From positions 7,535,190-7,599,189 of the forward strand of contig OZ037771.1 in NCBI GenBank assembly GCA_964035545.1: a stretch of DNA of 64,000 nucleotides, given 5' to 3'. A program made the position numbers and the translations under genes. The stretch comes from Bugula neritina. Its lineage: Eukaryota; Animalia; Bryozoa. The notes beneath the pieces were generated by a model that saw only the letters and a program-made list of their open reading frames with translations, ran no database searches and had not been told where the DNA came from. The first letter of the stretch is position 1, and each line of letters opens with the position of its first letter. Positions 33,830 to 46,000 of the stretch are shown one piece after another.

Positions 33830-34520
33830 TCACACAAACGCAAATATTTTGCCAAATTCCCGTTATTAGAATACAGGTACTAGCCATGCTGTGGCGAAGA
33901 AATTGATGTCATTACTTAAAAAGTAAAAGAAAATCCATCAATGGCTTAAAAATTAAACTGCTGATGCAAGAGAAAAACGGCACTAGAGCAAAGTCACTTA
34001 TGCACGTGACAAAAACCAATAAAAAGACAAATTTACTCTTAAATATTAGCCAATAGACGCCTTGGAGATGTTTACTAGTCGAAAGACCCGAGAATACTAT
34101 AGATGATTTTTTATAAGTACGATAACTCTAGAAAATCACCTAGGTCTTGCATGATTAGATATAGCACCTTGTTGCTACGATTGCTCAAATATTTCTAGCA
34201 AAACATTTATATTAATGACTGCTAATGTTTTTTAATTAATTACAATAAAATATAAAAAAACAATAAGACCAAAAAAATTGACGGTGAATAAGCAAAGACC
34301 TTTGAAATAATAGTTCACTGTAAATTCATATCCGGTAAAATAACTACGGTCAATGACTCAGTTCAAAGGATAGTGTTCGTGCAACCTTTTTTAAATAAAG
34401 TTTTAGATTAGTAATAGCTGAAACTTGACTGGTTGGAAAACGTGTAGTTATATTCATAATTGATCTTTATTCATTATTTACATTAATTTTGAAATTAAAT
34501 CTAGCAGTAACCGTCCGATT
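33830..34520. promoter_or_regulatory. Candidate bidirectional promoter core between the divergent ASL and TMEM33 genes
   Basis: A higher-complexity island between two low-complexity tracts. It has an E-box CACGTGAC near 34003 and CCAAT boxes near 34016 and 34050. The TMEM33 ATG directly follows a splice acceptor, which implies an upstream non-coding exon. Confidence 0.4.
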
Positions 34521-34529
34521 CAGTTCACA

Positions 34530-35900
34530 TATAATAATAATATTATTTATCATTATCATTATGATTATGATTATCATTATGTTATTAGTTATACTTATTA
34601 CTTATACTTATATTTATAAGTTATAGTTATTAACAATAACTAACTTATAGTTATAGTTATACTTATACTTATAGAGTTATAGTCATAGTGATATACTTAT
34701 ACTTATAGTTATACTTGTAGTTATTAAATATTATTAATGATTATCATTATATTAATAAAATTAAATATATTTATAATATCAATAATATTATTTATTATTT
34801 AATAAATAATATTAATATAAATATTAAATTAAAACAATAATCATAAATTTATCATAATGTTATAAATATAAATATACTTGTACTTGTAGTTAGTACCAAA
34901 TAATATTGATATTATCATGGTCATCATGATGATGACTTTAAATTTGATAGTCATGTTATAAGCAAAACTAATACTATTACTAATAGTAGTACTAATAATG
35001 TAATATTATGAGTATGACTCATAGTCGTAATGATATTATATTAATATTAATAATAATATTGATACTCAATCTTATAGTTATAGTGATAGTCATACTCATA
35101 CTGATACTCGTACTGTGATAATGTTAGTAATTTACTATTGCTATCCGTAATTGATAATTGAAATATTATTATGATTATCACTTCATTTAATGAAGTTCAT
35201 TATGATAATGATTATGCTTATCAAAATTCATCATTACAATTGAATTGCATTTACTGTAAGTGTAATCATAATGATAATTTAAATCTGTAATCATAATAAT
35301 AACTGGTTGTGATAGCCGATAAGCCTACAGCCTATAACTATAAGTATATCTATAAAACATAGACTATAGAGGCTGTAGTTATAGTTTTACTTATTCTAAG
35401 ATTAAGAAGGTATACTAGTGTATACTAATAGTAATATACTTATATAGCCATCTCATACTTATAGTTATGATAAAAGTAATTATAATCAAACTCAATTTCA
35501 AGTTTATAGGTCATTATGATTATCTAAAGACAAATCATCATTATGATAATAATTATCATTAGCCTTAAGCTTGGAGTTGGGCACATCATTGTGATTATAG
35601 TAATTATTAGTTCAATTGCTATCACTATGACTATGAGTCATAGTTATACTTGCAGCATAACTATCAGTATCAAATTCAATGTCACCAGAATGTTAATGAT
35701 TATGGTAATAATCATACTATATAGAGATAATCCCTTATTGAATTTGATATTCATACTGATAATCATAATGATAATCTTTATCTTAAAGTTGATCTGTAAT
35801 TATAATATAAATTATACTAAATATAGTTATTATAATAATACAAATGTTAATGTTAAATTAAATTTATTTACTTTTATTTCAATTTCTAATAAATTGATTT
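34530..35900. repeat. AT-rich degenerate 3/6-bp-periodic low-complexity tract
   Basis: gttatacttata and attatgattatg-type degenerate hexamers over more than 1.3 kb. Confidence 0.7.
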
Positions 35901-36752
35901 GTTTATAAAAGTATGGTTTTGATTTAATGACTTGATTGAAATATTTTTGTTTTATCAAGAATATACAGATGAAAAAATAATTCTATTTATTCTAATCATA
36001 TTGATAATATAACTATAAATTTTAAATAATAATTAAAATATAATATAAATAAACATTTTTTATTAATAGATCACCACAGCTGGAAGTATGTAAATATAAT
36101 AATACTTTTTATACTTATATTATTGTTAGTATTTGATTATGTTAATGCTTTTAGTTTCAATTTCAAAAGTCCAGACTGCAACTGCAAAACCAAAAATCTA
36201 TTAAAGACAATGCAAAGATAAATAATCAAATTCAATCAAAATGCAATTTAATAGTGTTAGAATATTCTAATTTTATTGAAAACTTTTCTCAGAAATTCAA
36301 AAAACGATTAAAGTTTGAGTTTTGGTTGAAATTCTTTAAAATCAATTATAGTATAAATTTGGCCTAATGGAAAATGTAGCAGAAAAAATATCAGTCTGGG
36401 TTTAAAACAAAAAAGCAATGTTGCTTAGTTTTGACTAATTATGGGTTAGGCTAATCTCTCTGTTTTTAAATATTATTTTATTTATGTATTTTATTGGTTT
36501 TCTGTGTCTTGTTGGTAGTCATAACTTTATTTTGATTTTTTAGAAAACATTTTTTTTAATAATATAAATCAAACATTCCATGAATTCCAAACTAAAAAAT
36601 TTTTTTGTAGTATTGCTTGTTGAATAGTTTGGAAAACTTGCAGTGTTGAATGATTATAGCTTACTGAGCAGTTTGCAGCATCACGTCATATTCTACGATT
36701 CATGTTTAGCAGACAATTTATTGATTTCATATTGGTTGATCGGTGTTTATAG

Positions 36753-38885
36753 ATGGCTGAGAGTCAAAGTTCTCACCAACCCGGGGCAGGGGGAGATGGA
36801 CCGCAACCCGCTGGTGGTTTTCAAGCGGCCTTAAATAAAATGAATGTTGATAAAGTTATGGCAGCGATGTGGCTTTCTAGGCTCGTCACTATTATGTTTT
36901 CTATATCCTTCGTGCTGCCACTATTCGGGTAAGTGTTTAGATTGTAACTAGTTGGTCATCAGAGACTCTAAAACTATAGAAAAGTATGCTGATTGGTTGA
37001 GTGACATACTATAGGAACATTGTGTTATTCAGCTGGTCTCAGCCTATAAGTGGTCAGAGAGTGCTAATAGCTGGAGCCATAACCAGTGCACTTCGTCTCC
37101 ACCAACGAGTACCGAGTATACAGATGAACAGAGAGTTTGTGGCTACGTTGTTGAGAGAGGACAGTGCGCACTATCTACTGTATAGTATACTGATGCTAAT
37201 GTGCTGCCAGCCTGTCAGCGGTATCCTTTTACTACCTCAGCGATGACTCAACACTACCTCAACACTACCTTAATACGCACTTAACACTACCTTAACACTC
37301 TTAACACACACTTGACACTGACCAACACTATGATTGTATATTGTGCGTTATTACTAGTCAATGCAGGCATTCATGCATCTCACACAGAATGGAGATGTCT
37401 TATACTAATCAGTAGACTGATCTCTGATATGCTGAAGTTATCTACTCTTAGATTTAGTTTAATATTTAGTAGAACAGTATGCTTGTCTCCATGCTGCCTT
37501 GCTGCAAATAATTGGTTTCATTTCATTTGATTTAACTGCAGCATTTATTTTTATTTTTAACTAACATTTTGAGGAGTTTTGATTGGGCGCTGTAACTATC
37601 CTTCTGCCAATCCACTCGTGAGTAACCAGGCTGCAGTTTGCTCTGTCATCAAGTGTGTTTGTCTCATTTCTCTTTTGTTCTGTTTGTGTCACCACTCTGT
37701 CACCCTTCCTTAACAGCTGCACCAGTAATTCTGATGCCAGTATTTTTCTTTGCCCTTCTTCATGTGACCACATATACCAAAACCCTACTTGATGTAAGTA
37801 TGCTGGGCTATTCTCTCTCTACTGCATATTATGGTCACTGCTGTGTTATAATTGCATATAGTATAAAGTGTTATATTGGTTACGCTGTCATACTGATAGA
37901 ATGTGTATACTGTCTGCTACAGTAGTGCTCACTATTGAGGCTGTATACTTACCTCTTCCTTACAGTGTGTGGGACCTCAGTCTATGGGACTCATTAGAAA
38001 GCTGATTGAGAAAATTGATATCAAGCAGAGAGATCTACTCAAACTAATAGCCACCGTTGAAGTTACTCTTATGCCAGTTACACTAATGCTTGTCTTTAGG
38101 TGAATTTCTTTTCCCAGTTCTAAATGTAAATCTAACTCCAGTATTTGTTATAATAAATATCTAATAAACAACATAAAATAGTGAATGAATTTCATAAACT
38201 TTGCACTTGCTAATTGTTTTCTATATTGTCTATTCATAAATATATAAAAACACTTTTGATCTCGTATACCTACAACATCTCCACCTAATGTCATGTGCTG
38301 TCCTGATTTCAGTGGCGCTGCCTCTATAATGCTGCCCTTTGGTTACTACAGATTCCTCTGTCTCAGGTATACTTCCATCAGAAACCCCTATACCAGGTGA
38401 GCTCCTCTCTAAGTACTTTTATATGCAAGTGTTTTATATTTGAATTATTGTCAATTGTTTGTAAATTTAGATGCTGGGTTCTAGTTTTAATGGGGTAATT
38501 TATAAACTGCCACGTTGTCAATGTACACAGTGTAGTCTCACTTTCTCTATTAGTAATAAACAAGTGTGTCTTGCCTACAATCAGCATATACCAAGTGTTG
38601 ACATCCTCCAGAGATTTCTAGTGACAGGAAAGACAACTCTTGTGACTCTCCACATAAGACTGGAATTGTATTGTGACATACAATATGTATGTGAATTATA
38701 CTCACTGAGCATGCTGTTACTTTCAACTTACTATCATGTGCTGTAGAACTGTGTTCAATGAGATGAGACTTTTGGGTGAATATCTATCTCGGCATCCCAA
38801 GTGTCCAGCATTTGCCAGCTCCTTGCTCCTCAAAGTGATATCCTTTACCTGTAGGATGGCTCCGGTCACCGCCGCACCTTCATGA
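36753..38885 (+). CDS. TMEM33: Transmembrane protein 33 (Kr-h2/Pom33 family). Exons 36753-36928, 37033-37220, 37726-37793, 37966-38099, 38313-38396, 38747-38885
   Basis: Motifs AITSALRLHQRVP, EDSAHYLLYS, PVFFFALLH, YYRFLCLRYTSIRNPYTRTVFNEMR and HPKCPAF. The frame is maintained across all junctions; stop TGA at 38883-38885. Confidence 0.94.
37221..37725 (+). other. U12-type (minor spliceosome) GT-AG intron in TMEM33
   Basis: 5' site GTATCCTTTT at 37221, branch site TTCCTTAAC at 37706-37714, AG at 37724-37725, and no polypyrimidine tract between branch site and AG. Confidence 0.9.
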
Positions 38886-40096
38886 ATCGGTAGGTTTAAG
38901 AACTTAGTCTTTTAAACTATATGTTGTCATTATATGATAATTGGTGCTTTTTTGCTTGGCTGCTTGAATTGGAAGCTTTGAAAGTGCTAATTTATTCAAC
39001 TACTCAGTTTGAGAGGAGTTTTAATGATGTTTTGTCAGATTTCTTGAGCTGTTTGTGGTATAAGCGTTGCATACAAGATCATTGTAATAACATTATCTCC
39101 TTATTTAGAGAAGATAACTTCACATCGTCAGATATATGCTAACTAGCTGTTTTTAGAAGCACTCTTGGTCTATTTTAACATCTTTTTTATCATTTTCATA
39201 TGCCCAGTGAATTCTAACTATTTTTCTATTTTCTCATTTTGCAGATCATGTTTGGAAGTTGCCTTCACCCTGATGCTAATACTGAGGCAGAGGTGCTGCA
39301 CTAGGATGTTATAATGATATGAATAATAATGTTGTTTACTGCAAAATGAAAATATACCAGTCTGTCTTGCATCTTTATTTCAGTTGACTATTTTCCCACA
39401 TATATTGAATGATGACAGTTTTATGTTCAACATACCACCCTCTTATATTAATTATTTTGTAAACCTTTTCTCACATTTGACATGTTTTTATGATTTATTA
39501 CCTACTATAAAAGATGTTGAGATTTTGAAAAGTTTGTGAGGTTGAAGTTTTGTCTGCCATAGTCATGCATAAATATTTTACTAGCAGTTTTATGAAACGC
39601 TTAGCTTTGAGTTTGATGGACTTACAAGTTACCTTGATATAGATGTTACCCCATCTCCACAATGCTTATTAGGAAACTGCAGCTATTTACAACATAATTA
39701 TAAAGTGCAATATATTTATTTCGTGAATAAATGTGCTAGTAAATATGAGTAAATAATGTCAGCAATCATATAGTAATAGTGTATACATACAAAGTCACAT
39801 ATAACTAGACTAAGTGCATGAGCTATGTGTATGCAGAGCATATATATATGGTATAGCAAAAGTATAAAAAGATAAGTAGAAGTATATACTTATATTCATA
39901 GTGCGCAGGTAAAGTATATCACATAGCAGTATATAGAGTGTCACATGTATAGAGCATGTAGTGAAATATAATACCACATGCAAGGTTTAGATACTGTAGT
40001 CAGTATATACATACTATCTGTATGAAATGTGTATATATGATATAAATAGCGTAGTACCACACTCTACATGTCCACACAGGGATGTGGGAGCTCAGT

Positions 40097-43000
40097 CTAC
40101 CACTCTCCATAGAATAAAGGAAACAAGTAAATCTTCCTTCTACCAGTGAGAGTATTTATAACCACAGGAGTCTGTGTCACGTAAACAGTTGGATTTCTTT
40201 CTCTCCTTTTACCAGATATTTTCCTCACTCTGTGCTTCACCTTCAAATATTTTAAAACTAAATATATGCTGTTGTTTGCAGGCATCAAAATTTTTATTTT
40301 TTTAAAACGCTGAATAGAAAACTAGAACAAATGTTATTCAAAGAAAATATCAAGAAATTCTGTTTTAATAGAGATAAAAGAAAGGCATCAAATCTGAAAA
40401 AAAATAATATAATGTGCAGGAAGCTTATAAAAAGTATTATATATGAAATAGAGAACTCAGTAAAGCTCATTCATTCTGCATCTTATACTATGACTATATC
40501 AAACTGCGACTATACTATACTATTACATGACGGTGTTATACTATGACTATATTATACTATGACTATAATATTACACTATGGCTATATTATACTATGACTA
40601 TACAATAACATGACTATAATATTACACTATGACTATATTATACTATGATTATATTACACTATGACTATATTATACTATGATTATATTATACTATGACTAT
40701 ATTATACTACGACTATACTATACTATGACTATACAATAACATGACTATAATATTATACTATGACTATATTATACTATACTATGACTACACTATACTATGA
40801 CTATATTATACTATGACTATATTATACTATGACTATATTATACTATGACTATATTATACTATGACTATATTATGTCTAGTCACTAAAACTATACTACTAT
40901 GACTACACCACACTGACTAATATGAAAACAGACTCTTCTAAATAGGAAATGATGTCACAGGAAGTTACTCACAATATCAAATAAGTCAGCAAGATCACGA
41001 TGACAGCCATGTCTGTGTAAAGTCCTGACAAGTGTTCTTATTAATAATGAGCCACTATCATGGAATCTCATGGATGCACTGTCTATTAAAATAACACAAT
41101 GAGTTAAATGGTAAATATTATACAGTGTATAGTAACAGTGAGTGACACTGCCCAGTAAAAACTAGTGGGAAATGCGAAAAGAAAATTTGAAAATTGTGTT
41201 ATTTCAGCAACGAAAGGTATATCTTGAGAAAGTCACATATTTGATTGGTTTCACAATTACATGATGGCGATCGGGAGTTGTGGCCCGTGATTTAGGTGAA
41301 TAAGGATTAACCACACAGAATTGTTTGTAAGTTAATCATCTCACTTTTTAGGCAGCAGAGTATAAGCTGTACAGACTAGTGTTTCACAGATTACATGAAA
41401 ACTAGATAACTGTAACTCACACACAAATACTCTATGTACTCAGTTCAGGTTTATGAAAGGTCACGTGATTAGACAGCACACCACAGCTAGTGGGGGTGCC
41501 AACATGCAAAAATGGGCGGGTGGAGCACATCAATACTAACCTTTGTTGCTATATATCACTGCAAAGCCAACATTCTACTGACCTCAGATCTGCGAGTACC
41601 TTTTTTGTATCTGGGGGGGTTCTCTCGTGAGAGGGGTGGATATACAGGGGTTCAGCATTTTTCAAGGGGGGACTATGGAACTCTAAATATTTAATTTTCT
41701 GAGTAGTTTAAGTTTGACATTAACAATATTTTCAAGGAATGTTGTACACATATGAAACTTTCTCTAACAAAAGTTTTGACCAAAAATAAAAAAGTGGGCG
41801 GAGCCTATAATATGACAAACTACTTTTTTGCATATACCGGATATTCTCTAAACTGCTACTTTTCTGTTCTAGCATTTAGAATGTTGATTTTTGGTATGAA
41901 AATACTCTATTGTGTTCTAATAATGCTCTCCGATTTTCGTTACGCTCTGAACTATATAACATCTTTCCCAACCATGACAAATAAAAAACATAAAACGGGA
42001 GTTATCTCCTCCGTGAAAAGTTATTGCATTTCTACCCAATAATATTGCTGTTTGTTGATAGGAACAACATCAGCATGATAAAAATGTATTCTTAGTGTAT
42101 TTATATTAGCTTATTGACTTATTTTGAATCATTGATTACGATCAATACTATTGAGTATTAATATTCAATATTTACTGTATAAATTGAGTGTCAGCAATAA
42201 TTAACAGACCACTAATATTCGATTTTTTTATCCATAAGTATAGTAACATAAAATATGGTTCATAAAAAAGTAATATCATGATTTCAGCATCACAAGCAAT
42301 TACTATGCTCTTTTATATCAGATATTGGTAGACATTTGTAATTGTATTTATTTATAAATAAGATAGTATTTAAAATTTTAATTTACAATAGATCAAGCTT
42401 TATTACAAAGTTTTGTTATCTCTAGCGTTTATATACCAAATTAAATATATTATAATTCTTCATCAGAACTGTGTTTGTTGCCATCATCATCATAATCAGG
42501 CTCTTTGTTTGAAAAAGAAAACTGGCCACTTTTGTTGTTGCAATCAAAACATTCACATAAACCACAGCATTTCATCATCAGGCGCTTGCATTTGCATGCT
42601 TTACTCTTACAGCCTGCTTTTTTGCATTTACATGCTGTTAAAATCACATCTGCGTTGCTCTCAAAATCATATTTTATCACAAAACTTAGTCAAGAGACAT
42701 TGCTGAATATGAAAAAGTCACTTGAGGATTCATGTAATCTAAATACAGCATGGCTATTGGCAAGACTTGCCCCAATCAAACTATTTCAATTGGATATAAG
42801 TCCTTCTACATATAACTGCCCCAGCTGGAGTAGCTTCAATGTAAGAAATTTGGTTGCCACAGAAGATAATAAAAGATCAGTCATTGGGTATTGCCCAATG
42901 ATTAATGCACCATCAACAGATCAATCAACAATTTATACAATCCTTCTGCAGCTAAAGAAAACTATGAAAGTTTTAAATCAGAAACATTCAGTAATTACAT

Positions 43001-46000
43001 TTGACCAAGCTATCTACAAGATTGCCAAAGAGATTCAATGGAACAAACCAACTGAATTTTCAAACACAATAATTCGAATGGGCGGTTTTCATATCTTGAT
43101 GAATTACATTGCAGCACTTGGCAAAATGGTAAAATCAAGCGGCCTCGCCCAAGTTCTTGTACACAGTGATATATATTTTGAAGTTACAGTGAAACAGGTG
43201 CTATGTGGTAAGCATTATAACAGAGGTGTACGGGCACACAAGATTTTGTATGAGGCAATATCAAGGCAGAAACTAAAATCTCTTTCGGAATGGCTTCAAT
43301 AAAATAATCAGTTTGACCCATTAGAGTCTCATAATACGTATTTCTATTGATGATAACTTGCGTGAATGGACCACTGTTGCAGCTAAAGTTGCTACTGCTA
43401 TAAAAAAGTTTGATTCTGATACTAAATTAAAATCTAACCTTTCAATGTTCTGGAATTCCTACCTTCATGCAGTAGAAGCCATGTTGGGATTTATTCGAGC
43501 TGAGCGTAGTGGCAACTGGCAATTATATTTGGACAGTATGCAGGCAATGCTACCAGTATTTTTTGCGTATGATCGCACAAACTACTCAAGGTGGCTGCCT
43601 ATATACCTTATTGATATGCTAAATTTGCCTGAATCTGCTCCAGAAGTTTATGGAATGTTTGCAAAGGGTTCATTCACTGTAAACAGGACAGGAAAAAAAA
43701 TTGCAGGTATGGCTCCAGATCAAGTCTTGAAGCAAACTTTGAACCGAGACAGCAAAACATCTGGAGGCATTATTGGCATTAGCAACCATGAAGAAGCTCG
43801 GACAAAATGGTTCTTAACTAGTCATATCAGAGCCCAACTGCTTTCTTTGCAAAAGGATTTTTGCCAAATAGCCTCACAGTCATCAACACTACACAAGGAA
43901 GACACAATCACTACAACTATGACGGATGAGATTGATACACAAGCAATTCTTTTTACATTGCAGCAGTTTGATGTTAAGTTGTTTAGCAATACTTCAACTG
44001 AACTTATTAATATTGCTACTGGAGTAAGTCCCGATGCGGAGACCTTCTTGTCAATAGTGACTGCTATGGCTCAGGGAGGAGAAATGGCTCAAACGTTTTT
44101 TCAAGATAGACTTTTGAATACAATAAAACCATTTTACACTGCTATTCACCGGCTTAAAATCCCTTCCTTTGACTTTGTGGCTAAATCACTTCAACCGGCC
44201 ATTAAACCAATGTTCCTAAAATATCATTTGCTAAACTTCTCATAAGTGCCAAAAGTGCCAAAGATTTGCATACAGTTCTAGAGAAAGAAATTGGTCCCAT
44301 TCCTCTTGCTCTATTTACTGAAAACGGACAGATGAGAAAAACATGCAAATTGCAACTAATGCATATTTTGGAACAGAAATATCTTGGAAACAGGGTCTCC
44401 AATGATGATAGTCAACTGTCCACCAACAAATCGATCATTATTGATGGTAGGTGCATACTTCACTCGACAAAAACATCAGGCACTTTTTATAGCTATGCTC
44501 TGAAGATGTTGGAAATATTTCTTGAATGTGGCAAAGGATATACAAGGGTTGATGTAGTGTTTGACGTGTATTCTGAAACATCAATTAAAGCACAAGAGCG
44601 TATTAGACGGGGTGCCCAATAGATGTGCTCTATTTCCATTATTCATAACAACCTGCCTGTGCCTAAAAACTGAAGTGCTTTTCTGAGCAATATTCACAAC
44701 AAAAATGAGTTGGTAAATTACATAGTGAAGGTGCATGAAGTAGACATATTCAGAAAATTCCAGCTGGTACATTTTTAGTGTGTAGCGCCAAAGAAGTCTG
44801 TGTTCTGCAAAACCATTATCGTTAGAATTGTAACAAATTGAAATCCAATCATGATGAAGCAGACACAAGATTAATCCTTCATGCAGCTGATGCACTGAGT
44901 GATTACGATTTGGTAGTAATAAAATCAGTAGATACCGATGTTGCTATTATTGCGCTTAACATCATCTTAGTAATGTTTTAACTGATGAGCAGGCTAATAA
45001 AGATGTAGTAATCTTCGTTGGAATGGGGAGTCACAGAAGATATATATCTCTTTTTGAATCAGCCAAAAAAATCTAAAAAAAGTTCTCAAGAATCTATTAT
45101 CTCTCCATGCACTTACAGGTTGTGACTCAGTAAGTTCTATCTTTCGAATATCTAAAAAGCGTGCTTTGGAGGTACTTGAAAAGGAAAGCTATAATCTGTC
45201 TTTAGGTTCTGATGATTGGTCCCCAGTATCAGAAGAAACATACTTAGAGTGTGAATGATTTGTCTCCAACCTATATGATGCCTATGATGATATCACTGAA
45301 GCAAGATATAAAATATTGGCTTTAAAAAATGTCTCCAGTGAAGCACAGCTACCACCTAGTAGGAATTCCCTAGAATATCACGTGAAACGAGCCAATTATC
45401 AAGTTACACTTTGGCAACTTGCTTTTACACCTATTTTACTTCATCAGCCAATTTTTGACCATGGTTGGGATACTAACTTAACTCCAATAAAATATGATTT
45501 TGAGAGCAACGCAGATGTGATTTTAACAGCATGTAAATGCAAAAAAGCAGGCTGTAAGAGTAAAGCATGCAAATGCAAGCGCCTGATGATGAAATGCTGT
45601 GGTTTATGTGAATGTTTTGATTGCAACAACAAAAGTGGCCAGTTTTCTTTTTCAAACAAAGAGCCTGATTATGATGATGATGGCAACAAACACAGTTCTG
45701 ATGAAGAATTATAATATATTTAATTTGGTATATAAACGCTAGAGATAACAAAACTTTGTAATAAAGCTTGATCTATTGTAAATTAAAATTTTAAATACTA
45801 TCTTATTTATAAATAAATACAATTACAAATGTCTACCAATATCTGATATAAAAGAGCATAGTAATTGCTTGTGATGCTGAAATCATGATATTACTTTTTT
45901 ATGAACCATATTTTATGTTACTATACTTATGGATAAAAAAATCGAATATTAGTGGTCTGTTAATTATTGCTGACACTCAATTTATACAGTAAATATTGAA

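Noticed and set aside
35543-35908. 121-aa Ile-rich hydrophobic ORF
   Set aside because: Arises from triplet-periodic AT-rich low-complexity DNA; no splice or homology support.
41340-41366. Alternative caspase p10 exon at the acceptor nearest the transposon
   Set aside because: It reaches a stop after 8 codons, whereas exon 41082-40973 gives the expected p10 motifs.
41512-42706. ORFs duplicated on both strands (41512-41694, 41752-42042, 42413-42706, 42450-42680 and their mirrors)
   Set aside because: By-products of the transposon's inverted arms. Only the Cys-cluster frame derives from real coding sequence.
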